Assembly (NCBI GenBank): GCA_036785375.1
Contig: JAWMAR010000377.1
Coordinates: 1,736,001 to 1,800,000, forward strand
Direction: 5' to 3'
DNA length: 64,000 bases
Source of the DNA: Leucoraja ocellata
Taxonomy: Eukaryota
Shown here in pieces: positions 37,330 to 47,632 of this stretch (the first letter of the stretch is position 1; every line of letters starts with the position of its first letter). A program made the translations under genes and the position numbers. The notes under the pieces are model-generated. The model saw only the letters and a program-made list of their open reading frames with translations. It was not told the DNA's origin and did no database searches.

Positions 37330-38240
37330 TCCTACCCATTGCAGACACTGCGGGGCCGGGGAGGGAGGGTGATGGCGGAGGAGGCCGCCACACGACGTCC
37401 TCGCCGCACCCACACAGAACAAAGGGAACCGTCCGGGAAAAATCCCTTTCCCGTTTTGGTGTTACCCTCGAACTTTACCTCTATTCTTTGGGAAAAAAAA
37501 ACCCCAGCTATAAACGTACATTAACAAAGCGAAGAAGACCTGCCGCTCCAGCTCCAGCCTGCCCCGGATCGCCATGGCAACCAAAGATCCTAGAGGAGCT
37601 ATCTTTGATGGCAACCGCTGGGCAGCGCCTGGGTTTTATTTAACCTGCTGTTGTTTCGCCGCCCTTCTCCCCCCCCCCCCCCCCCACTAATGTTGCAGAC
37701 ATGTGGACTGACGCGGGCGCCGCGCTGTTGCAATGGTTTATATATTTTTTTCTATTTAAAAATAAATCTAGGAGTCTCCAGGTTGCGCATGCGCGATGTC
37801 CCCGTCTGGCCCGGGGTCCCCGGTGGTGGTCACGTGAGAGGCAGCTGTCACTCACACCCGGCCCCGGGCGACGCTTCTCGCTGCAGGTCTTTGCACTGGA
37901 GCCGCTCTGGGGGCTGTGGTTCGCGGGAGAGTATTTTCCACTGTCAGCGGGCTGATTCCATCATTTGCAGTCTGCATCCCACACAATGCACAAGTGGTGG
38001 TGGGGGGGGGGGGGGGGGGCATGATTGCTTGGCCGCGCGTCTGCCAGCATTAGCGTCCACTTCGCTGCCGAGACGGCGCAGGCGAGTCAAGTTTCCCACG
38101 GTCCCCCGAGATTCCTCCCCCTCTCTCTCCATCTGTCGTCGCTGCATCCCGCGGCGCGGTAACATTGATCTCCCTCACACAACCACGGATAAAGTCACGC
38201 CAGCCTTTCAGCCGAGTGCGTTTGCTATAGGATGACTATA
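37330..38240. promoter_or_regulatory. CpG-island promoter, possibly bidirectional
   Basis: Unique, CpG-rich sequence. RFX X-box GTTGCCATGGCGAT (-, 37568-37581), NRF1 TGCGCATGCGCG (37784-95) and E-box GTCACGTGA (37829-37). The gene is not identified. Confidence 0.75.
37582..37607. mobile_element. 26-bp TIR-only hAT remnant with 8-bp TSD
   Basis: atggcaac|caaagatcctagaggagctatctttg|atggcaac. The ends match the TIR of the 27974-29248 element. Confidence 0.8.
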
Positions 38241-41200
38241 TTTTAAAAAAATCTAAATCCCGGAGTACATTAAATAAAAACTCACAGCAGCATTTGTGAA
38301 GTTGAGGGCGAAAAAAGCAACGTTGGCTGTTGGCTGTGTTTCTCTCATGAGTATCAGCTTCAGAATTTGACTACTGTTAGACAGGAAGTTTACAAATTCA
38401 AAGTGAAGTTTGTTTTGAGGATGAAGAAGGCTTCGTTTCAGTCAAAATGAGATTTTTCTGCTATATACAGGTTATTCGGGATAGAAAACATTCCTTGTAG
38501 CAAGGCATTACTCAGAATGGCGAAGGATCAGCTCAACTAGTTCATTTTATCTTTGTGCAAGATGCACGAGGTGCTGGATCTCAGGGAATATCTGAATCTA
38601 AATGCCATATGGAGTAATCCATGTGCATGTGATTGGTGCAGAATTAGGCCATCCTGGCCCATTAAGTCTCATATTCTTTGGTCTCCACTGCCATTCAATT
38701 ATGGCATCTATCTTTCCCTCTCAACCTTTTTCTCCTGCCTTCTCCCCATAACCCGACACCTATACTAGTCAAAGTATAGATTTATTTGAGTTGTTTGAGT
38801 TCTAGTTTTCCATTCGCCTGCTCAACCTGTAATAAACTCGTTTAGATTAGTTACTTCGTCCAACACCGTATCCTCATCGATTGGGAAATTCGGGCAATCT
38901 TTTTTTCTGCAAAACAAAGCGAAACGTGATTGTTCATGCCACATCCATGTCATACAAATTAAATAAGATCAAGGATTTTTTAGCAAAATCTTAACACAGG
39001 ATCTTCTTGAAAGTTGTCAATCAAAGACAGACCTTATGAACAAAGGACATGACAAAATTCCACCACAGTTATTATTCTGGAAATGTTCCCACTATACCCC
39101 AGCCGTGGCACACTAAAACAAGAAACCGATTATTTACATCATTGAGGTATGCCTCAGCAGAAACCACATTTGACCTGCAATTCACAATATATCTATAAAA
39201 CCCATGTAAATCAAAATTGTTTGTTTTCAATTTTCTCAAAATTTTATAAGATAAAATAATACTTGAGACTCCTAATACAATGACAATTAAGTCTGAGCAA
39301 CAAGGATTAACAGTGTACATAAACCATGGATCCCCACACTCCCCAGTTCAGAGGGTCTTGTACCTGATACATTTCTTTCCACAGATGCTGCCTGACCTGC
39401 TGTGCAGAATTTTCTGTTTGTACTACACTGATAAAAGGGCACACAAAACCTGGTCCCGACCTGAATGGTCACATATCCATTTTCTCCAGATATGCTGCCT
39501 GACCCGCTGAATTACTCCAGCATTTTGTGTCTATCATTCCTTACTTTTGTATTGTTTTCCTTGCAATCATTATTTTTTAATGTACGGGAGCTTTTTACAA
39601 AACATGAACTAGGACAGCCAGATTATTTTGTAATTCAGAATTCTACAATCTCTTATTGTTGGCCAAAATGGACAGTTTTTATGTTTTTCCATGTTGCATT
39701 TCTTTTGCCAGATCTCGCCCACCTACTTAATCCAAGTTGTAGCTTTCTAATGTACTCTTCATATCAAACTTTCTTACCCATCTTTGCGCCATCAGCAAAT
39801 TTAGCAATCATACCTTTGGTGCTTTCATCATTTACATGAATTGAAACAAGTTGAATGGCCACTACCAATGCCTGAAAATAATTAGAAAATTATTTATGAT
39901 GTCAACGTTTTATTTCCTGTTTGCCAACAAATCTTCCTGACAATATATTAACTCCTATACTTATTTTCTGCAATAACCTTTGATGTGGCACTTTATTAAA
40001 TTCCAAACTCAATTGCATCAAAATGCACAGCAAATTGGGCATTGTCAGGGAATAGGTGACTGGCCCTGTGAGTGAGCTATGACTGCGCAACCACAAGGGT
40101 TCGTCTCACAGCCGAAGTTCCCAAAACCTCACCGTGATCTGTCTAGGTGCAAGGCCAAACAGTCCAGCCTAATGGATACTGGGTCAGTCATGCATTTGAC
40201 CACCAAGGTTAGGCTCTAAATTCTGAACTCCAGTTTGGGCAATTCTCACACTAGGAACCAAAACAGTCACAGCCCTTACAAAATTCATATTGTCAAGAAA
40301 TATTGCACAAATATTGCCATTCAAAGATAGTTAGAACTCCAATTTACATTGTTGAGGTTCACCATTGCATTTATTACAATATTTCAGTGTGGTATCCAAT
40401 TAAGTTGTGATGGGGAATAATTTATACCAAAAATAATGATATTAGAATTTAGGATGATTTTCATGCATTGGGAACACCTTAGGAGACATTCATTGACCAA
40501 AGGTTGAGTACCTCATCCAGGGACCCTCCATCCCTAATGAGGACAAAATGTCACCCTGCTTTACAGATTACGTAGATTTTGAAAAGGAGTTCACATTTTC
40601 AGGTGAGGCTACATTTGATCTCAAGTGGATCTCTAGTTTAGATGCGCCGCCTTGGTCGGTGAGGATGAGTTGTTTCTGTGCTGTATGACTCTATGACTCT
40701 ACCAAATGCAGCAAAGAGAACAGTGAATATACAGCACATGAAAGACTACAATTTATTTATGTAGACTTAGTCAAATTAATGGCAGTGTGCAGTAAATCCA
40801 GAGATATATTAACCTCACTGCTGACTAATCAAAGTCAAGCAGAACATCGCTTCCACATATTTGCAGTTAAAACAAGAAACACAAATTAACTGCTGCAAAT
40901 GCCAAGCAATACTAATTACTAATAAGACTCTCTTGGAAGCTATCTGCCATAGTTTTGCTTACATTGCAATAAAGCTTGCCTTTTGTGGTGAAAATTCTAT
41001 CCTGTTAAAAGGTGTTTCTGCTGGTTGCTTAAGAGTTGTTTCCGGGGACGACAGGAACCAAGTGTCTGGTATGTTGTGTTGAAGAGCACGCATGCATGTA
41101 TGTTGTTCTACTTCCTTCACCTCAGAGCAATGTAGGAAAACAAGTTAACCGTGTCTCGTTCTCACGCATCACAAATCAGACGCTCTGGATAATTGCTTAG

Positions 41201-41598
41201 AAGCTGCAGCATTACCTCAGGGAATCATGGCTACGGTCAGACAGACAGAGGAGGAGAATTTTGAAGGGAACCATAGTAGTTGGTTATTTTATTGAACTGG
41301 CAATTCAGAGGTGTCAAACTCCATTAGAGAAGCTGGGGGAATTTAAATTTAGTTAATTAAATAATCAGAAAAAAAAGATTAATATTGGTAATAGTGACTA
41401 CAAAACTGCTGGATTGGTTTAATGGTTTCGGAAAACACGACCTGCAGTCATTGTTCAATCCGGTCTATATGTGACTCGGGACTTGTAGTAATGTGGTTAA
41501 CTCTTTGCTGTCTGAGAAATGTTCAGCATGGAAAATAAATATTGGCCTTGCCATAATATTGACATCCTGTGCAATAACATTTTCAAAAATCGTAGTTG

Positions 41599-41941
41599 CT
41601 ATTACTAACTGCACAAAAGATTAGAAACTGTGCATTGCTATTACACTTATATCATGCGAAAGAACATTTTTTAGAAGTCTTAGTTGCAAGTACTGACATG
41701 TGAAATATATTAGAAAATGCACTTTCCGTTATACTTTAGTCATTCAGTCCATCAGATTCAAATTTCAGAAGCAGACAACAACACGCCACTGACCAAAGAT
41801 TCAGATTCAGATTCAGATTCAGATTCAGATTCAATTTTAATTGTCATTGTCAGTGTACAGTACAGAGACAACGAAATGCATTTAGCATCTCCCTGGAAGA
41901 GCGACATAGCAAACGATTTGAATAAATAATAATGTGTCCGG
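41599..41941 (+). repeat. Left copy of 343-bp direct duplication flanking the ERV
   Basis: ctattactaactgc...aatgtgtccgg is repeated at 46822-47164, with no differences seen by eye. Confidence 0.92.
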
Positions 41942-42461
41942 ACGTTTCTCTCTCACATCGGTTGTTTCGACAATAATCGACCAGGCACCAGGGTTGCTTT
42001 AAACGTACGTTTTATTGAGCAGGAATCTCCACACAGGTTACAACCTGGCAAAGAGTCAAGCTGCCTGCCCTTAATTGCAAGGCTCTTTATATGTTAATGC
42101 CACCGTTTAGCACCTCCCACATTCCCCCCCGATCAAAGGACCAACACGTTGGGAGAAACAGGAAACCAAGTATGTCCATATAAGGGGATGTTAGAGGAAC
42201 CACGCATAATCTCAGACCAGTACATTCCTTAGTCTTTCTGGCTAGGGGGGGGTTGTGTATTCCTCAATCTTGTCAGACTGGGCCTGTGATCCTTTATTCA
42301 TGATACACAGTAATTGCAAGACATTGTGATTTCCTTAATTGCAGCCGGTTCCAGCAAGTCTGGTCAGCAGCCATCTTATGTCCTTTGTTTCAGTCTACCT
42401 GGCCAACCATTTTGTCTTTCAGAACAATCTTATAACATTGATTCAGAATTTCTATTCATCA
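41942..42461 (-). repeat. ERV 3' LTR, lacking the last 9 nt of U5
   Basis: Matches 46302-46821. The terminal tgttgattc (plus-strand reading) is absent. Confidence 0.92.
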
Positions 42462-42479
42462 TTCCCCCCTTTTGCCATT

Positions 42480-43038
42480 CTTATGGCAACACTCATAGTC
42501 CATTTAAAAGTCCCATTCGCCGAAACTCGTAACCTTTTAGTTCCCTGGCCAAGGCTTCTTGGACCGTCCAACCTTTATCCCCAATTCTACTTCCTCACGC
42601 ACTTCATCGTTTTCGCTGTCGCTGGGGAATGGTAACAGTCTCTGCTGCTCACGCTGTAAGACCATCATTCGTACAGAACTTTTAGCTTCCTCGGGGGTGG
42701 TCCCCAAACCCAATAAGGCCACCATTAATCGGGCTTGACAGGGACCGGATTTTTGTCCTGGCACTTCACCAGTCGTTCAGTTCTGCCCCATACAGGGGAT
42801 GGGGTAAACAGGGAGGTAACTGATGTCATTTGTGGATAACAAACCACCTGCCCCTTCCCGAATAGCTCGTTGTGTCCCTGGATGAATAAATTGGAGTTTT
42901 CTCGTTCCCCTCTCTTTCCTCGTTTGTTCCGTCCGTATTCAGGCTTTGTCCATTTCCAGCCAAAACCGATTAACCTGGCAGTGGTCGCCACACATATTAA
43001 TGCCACAAAGACCCTGATCTCAGTGAATTATTTCGTAT
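42480..43038 (-). pseudogene. Truncated env-like remnant
   Basis: Lies between pol and the PPT and follows the strong acceptor ttttcactcccttgtcttcacag (AG at 43039-40). Hydrophobic stretch then RNKRGKR. Assignment rests on position only. Confidence 0.45.
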
Positions 43039-43090
43039 CTGTGAAGACAAGGGAGTGAAAAAGAAAAGAACGTGCAATTTCATGGCAAAA

Positions 43091-44428
43091 TTAATTCGTG
43101 CCCTGCTTTCCGTGGACTGGATCCCCCTCCCTGACCTCGACCTCCCCCCTTTGCTTGGTGTCACCAACCACTTTGCAATGGTGCAAATGCACCCATGCCG
43201 ATCGTCCTTCTACCTTTACTGCGGTGGGAGTGGTGAGGAGAACCTGGAAGGGGCCCAACCATCGAGGAGAAAGGGTGTCCTTACAAATCCAATTCTTAAT
43301 CAACACATAAGAACCCGGGGTGATCCGTCCATTAACGGGAAATTCTATGTCGCCCACATAAGCGGCCTTGACCTCCCCATGAATCTCACGCAGGGCCCTT
43401 GTAAGGGCAGGGACGTAGGGGACCATCTCCTCCGTCATGTGATGCAACGTCATTGTGGCCGGGATAATGTCTGTCCAGGGTTTGCACAGAGGTCGGCCAT
43501 AGATGATCTCTGCAGGAGACAACCTTGTCTTCCCTGCTGGAAGGACTCTGATCTGGAACAAAGCAACGGGCAACATTTTAACCCAGGTGGAGCCTGATTG
43601 GTCCACCAGCTTGGCAAGCTTGGTCTTCAGGGTCTGGTTCAAACGTTCCACCATTCCTGCAGCTTGTGGGCGATAAGCACAATGCAGCCGCTGGGTTACG
43701 CCCAGCTGTCTGTACAATTCTTTATTGATAGCGGCAATGAAGTGAGGGCCGTTATCCGAACTGATGGTGTTTGGAACCCCGAAACGAGGAACAACCTGCC
43801 GTAATAAAATAGACACCACCGTAGAGGCAGTGCAATCAGTGGTTGGAAAGGCTTCAATCCACCTAGAAAACACATCAACAATAACAAATACATGTTTATA
43901 ACACTGACACTTAGGCAAATCAATAAAATACATCTGCAAGGTTTCAAATTAGCAGTAGGTAATGGAGTACGACCCGTCTGGCAGACAACTCCTTTACCAG
44001 GGTTGTGTGTAGCACAGGTGAGGCACCGCGCACTAGTTTGGGCTGCCAAAACCTTGTCGAGGATGCCACCATGCCTGTAAGAGAGCGTCTACTAGCAAGG
44101 TGGCCCCACAGTGAGTGGCTAACTGTAGGCAATCAACGACCCAGGTCGCTAACTGGTCTGTCATACAGGTCTGTCCGGCCGGCGTGAGCCACAATCCAGA
44201 GTCAGCCTTCCGACAGCCCAGCTGCTCCCATTCCATTATAACATTAGCAGAGGCGTCCCCCTGTAAGAGCAATACATCATTTATGGTTGGCATAGGTTTC
44301 TCAGATTCAGACGAGCCCATATAAAGGCTTTTCACCTGCCACATCATACTACCCACCACTTTAAATCTACCGCGTGAAGCACACTTAGCCGCATCGTCAG
44401 CCAACCTGTTACCGAACAGGACTGGCAA
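43091..44428 (-). pseudogene. pol: ERV pol 3' part: RNase H end plus integrase, frameshifted
   Basis: GNRLADDAAK; HCG..WWHP..CLTC zinc finger; IVDVFSRWIEAFP, SDNGPHF, AYRPQAAGMVERLNQTLK; PRWLGPFQVLLTTPTAVKV (GPY/F). The expected first catalytic Asp reads Tyr (QMYFI). Confidence 0.93.
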
Positions 44429-44429
44429 C

Positions 44430-44974
44430 GGGGGCAGTCTGGTTCAACGGGGGTGCTCCACGGACTCCCCAAGGATAATCCTCTACCTCCTCCTCGTCAT
44501 CACCTCCCAAATCTATGCCAGCCACCGACTTACGTAAGTCTTTATCTACCTTGGCCATATTTTGTCTCTCTCTCTCTCCTGACGATCCTTACTTTCCTTA
44601 GCATGCCTGCATTCCTGTTTTAATACTGTCACTGACTTCTCCTGACCCCCCTCAGTCAGGGGTATTCCTGTTTCAAGGCATTGCTCTGCCAACTGGCCGT
44701 TAAAGACCGTGCCTTTTCTTTGTTACAATGATCGATCCACAACTGAATGGCCCTTTTACATTTTTTTTTTTTTTTTTTTTAATCCGTTCTCCATATTACA
44801 CTTTGGGCTCTTGATAACACACTCATAACCCCCTTCAGGCCATTCATCCTTCCCCAGTTTATGAAAGAGTCCTCCCGACATACGCCTAAAGGTCTCCTCC
44901 ATTTCTGGATGCAAGAAACATAGCTGATGTAATGGCCGGTCTGGGTGACAACTGGTGTCCATACCATTACCCAT
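44430..44974 (-). pseudogene. gag: ERV gag 5' fragment (matrix-like)
   Basis: MGNGMDTS (Met-Gly start)...WPEGG directly after the leader. Broken near a poly-A run and fused to the RNase H end by deletion. Confidence 0.65.
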
Positions 44975-45004
44975 TTTTAAACTTATTACTATTACACACA
45001 ATAT

Positions 45005-45965
45005 TTCAGGGTTAACCGCGAGTCCTTGGTTCCACCGTATCTCACTCGGTCACTTCAATTCCTGACCTTCGCGTGGAGGATTTCCTCTCTTAACAACCAG
45101 TCTAAGGCGGACTTTCTGTGAGATACGGAGGTACTTTGGTCTCGGCTAACACTCAACACTTGCTAACTCTTTCAGGGTTAACCTAGAGCCCTTGGTTCCT
45201 CCGTATCTCACTCGGCCACTTTAAAGTGGACTTTCTGTGAGATATGGGGGTACCTTGGTCTCAGTTAACGTCTCAACACTAGTTAACTTTATTACACAAT
45301 TATCACAACAAAATTTCAGGGTTAACCGTGAGTCCTTGGTTCCGTCGTATCTCACTCGGCCACTTTAAAGCGGACTTTCTGTGAGATACGGGGGTACCTT
45401 GGTCTCGGTTAACACTCACCACTTGCTAACTCTTTCAGGGTTAACCTAGAGCCCTTGGTTCCTCCGTATCTCACTCGGCCACTTTAAAGTGGACTTTCTG
45501 TGAGATATGGGGGTACCTTGGTCTCAGTTAACGTCTCAACACTAGTTAACTTTATTACACAATTATCACAACAAAATTTCAGGGTTAACCGTGAGTCCTT
45601 GGTTCCGTCGTATCTCACTCGGCCACTTTAAAGCGGACTTTCTGTGAGATACGGGGGTACCTTGGTCTCGGTTAACACTCACCACTTGCTAACTCTTTCA
45701 GGGTTAACCTAGAGCCCTTGGTTCCTCCGTATCTCACTCGGCCACTTTAAAGTGGACTTTCTGTGAGATATGGGGGTACCTTGGTCTCAGTTAACGTCTC
45801 AACACTAGTTAACTTTATTACACAATTATCACAACAAAATTTCAGGGTTAACCGTGAGTCCTTGGTTCCGTCGTATCTCACTCGGCCACTTTAAAGCGGA
45901 CTTTCTGTGAGATACGGGGGTACCTTGGTCTCGGTTAACACTCACCACTTGTTAACTCTTTCAAC
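45005..45965 (-). repeat. Tandem array of 7 hairpin units in the ERV leader (263-bp higher-order period)
   Basis: Units start at 45005, 45171, 45315, 45434, 45578, 45697 and 45841. Types of 144 and 119 bp alternate. Confidence 0.92.
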
Positions 45966-46271
45966 TAGTTAACTTCCTATACACAGTGCACTCCTCTTAT
46001 ATACCGTCTACGGTCCCCCTCTACGGGGTGTTTTATCCGCTCGATCAGACTAGGATAATCCTCGAGACGGCCCTATCCCCGTGCCCACAACCGGAATGTT
46101 CGGATGTCGTCCCACCAACTGACGCAAGTCAGCGAATTACCCTGCTACGCCGGGATACGAGGAAGGACCAAGAGGAGATTTAACTAAATCTACTCACTTG
46201 GCTGCGCACCCTTCACATCGATCCCGTCGCCCAGTGGATTCACTCGCCGGCTCGATCAGTCGCTGGTTGAC

Positions 46272-46289
46272 ATCCCACTTCTGGCACCA
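46272..46289 (-). promoter_or_regulatory. Primer binding site, tRNA-Leu-like
   Basis: TGGTGCCAGAAGTGGGAT lies 3 nt after the LTR end. It differs at one position from the TGGTGTCAGAAGTGGGAT Leu PBS as recalled from memory. Confidence 0.8.
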
Positions 46290-46292
46290 AAA

Positions 46293-46821
46293 TGTTGATT
46301 CACGTTTCTCTCTCACATCGGTTGTTTCGACAATAATCGACCAGGCACCAGGGTTGCTTTAAACGTACGTTTTATTGAGCAGGAATCTCCACACAGGTTA
46401 CAACCTGGCAAAGAGTCAAGCTGCCTGCCCTTAATTGCAAGGCTCTTTATATGTTAATGCCACCGTTTAGCACCTCCCACATTCCCCCCCGATCAAAGGA
46501 CCAACACGTTGGGAGAAACAGGAAACCAAGTATGTCCATATAAGGGGATGTTAGAGGAACCACGCATAATCTCAGACCAGTACATTCCTTAGTCTTTCTG
46601 GCTAGGGGGGGGTTGTGTATTCCTCAATCTTGTCAGACTGGGCCTGTGATCCTTTATTCATGATACACAGTAATTGCAAGACATTGTGATTTCCTTAATT
46701 GCAGCCGGTTCCAGCAAGTCTGGTCAGCAGCCATCTTATGTCCTTTGTTTCAGTCTACCTGGCCAACCATTTTGTCTTTCAGAACAATCTTATAACATTG
46801 ATTCAGAATTTCTATTCATCA
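46293..46821 (-). repeat. ERV 5' LTR
   Basis: Reads TGATGA...ATCAACA on the minus strand, with TATAAA at 46446-51 and AATAAA at 46371-76. Confidence 0.92.
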
Positions 46822-47164
46822 CTATTACTAACTGCACAAAAGATTAGAAACTGTGCATTGCTATTACACTTATATCATGCGAAAGAACATTTTTTAGAAG
46901 TCTTAGTTGCAAGTACTGACATGTGAAATATATTAGAAAATGCACTTTCCGTTATACTTTAGTCATTCAGTCCATCAGATTCAAATTTCAGAAGCAGACA
47001 ACAACACGCCACTGACCAAAGATTCAGATTCAGATTCAGATTCAGATTCAGATTCAATTTTAATTGTCATTGTCAGTGTACAGTACAGAGACAACGAAAT
47101 GCATTTAGCATCTCCCTGGAAGAGCGACATAGCAAACGATTTGAATAAATAATAATGTGTCCGG
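46822..47164 (+). repeat. Right copy of 343-bp duplication
   Basis: Same as 41599-41941 and continues into a poly-G run of the Rex1 3' UTR. Confidence 0.92.
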
Positions 47165-47632
47165 GGGGGGGGGGGGGGGGGGGTGGTGATTGGCAGTCAC
47201 CGAGGTACGTTGTTGAGTAGAGTGACAGCCGCCGGAAAGAAGCTATTCCTCGACCTGCTGGTTCGGCAACGGAGAGACCTGTAGCGCCTCCCGGATGGTA
47301 GGAGGGTAAACAGTCCATGGTTGGGGTGAGAGCAGTCCTTGGCGATGCTGAGCGCCCGCCACAGACAGCGCTTGCTTTGGACAGACTCAATGGAGAGGAG
47401 CGTGGAACCGGTGATGCGTTGGGCAATTTTCGCCACCCTCTGCAATGCCTTCCGGTCGGAGACAGAGCAGTTGCCATACCATACTGTGATGCAGTTGGTA
47501 AGGATGCTCTCGATGGTGCAGCGGTAGAAGTTCACCAGGATCTGAGGAGACAGATGGACCTTCTTCAGTCTCCTCAGGAAGAAGAGATGCTGATGAGCCT
47601 TCTTGATCAGAGTAGAGGTATTGTGGGTCCAA
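47020..47632 (-). mobile_element. Rex1/Babar-type LINE 3' fragment
   Basis: KKAHQHLFFLRRLKK, FYRCTIESILTNCITVWYG and LLPSGRRYRS...NSFFPAAVTLLN, with a (tgaatc)n tail. Confidence 0.9.

Larger units (their letters stand above)
41942..46821 (-). mobile_element. Endogenous retrovirus (class I, gamma/epsilon-like), internally deleted, LTRs apparently identical
   Basis: 5' LTR 46293-46821 (TG...CA), tRNA-Leu-like PBS, leader, gag 5' end, RNase H end plus integrase, env-like remnant, PPT at ~42462-42475, 3' LTR 41942-42461. Confidence 0.95.

Noticed and set aside
37651-38235. 194-aa ORF in the CpG island
   Set aside because: Stop-poor GC-rich DNA with homopolymer runs; no protein-like features.
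45005-45965. CRISPR array or hammerhead/hairpin ribozyme reading of the ERV leader repeats
   Set aside because: There are no unique spacers and no cas genes, and the context is eukaryotic. The GAAA and CCGAGTGAG segments lack a stem III and a correct CUGANGA box.
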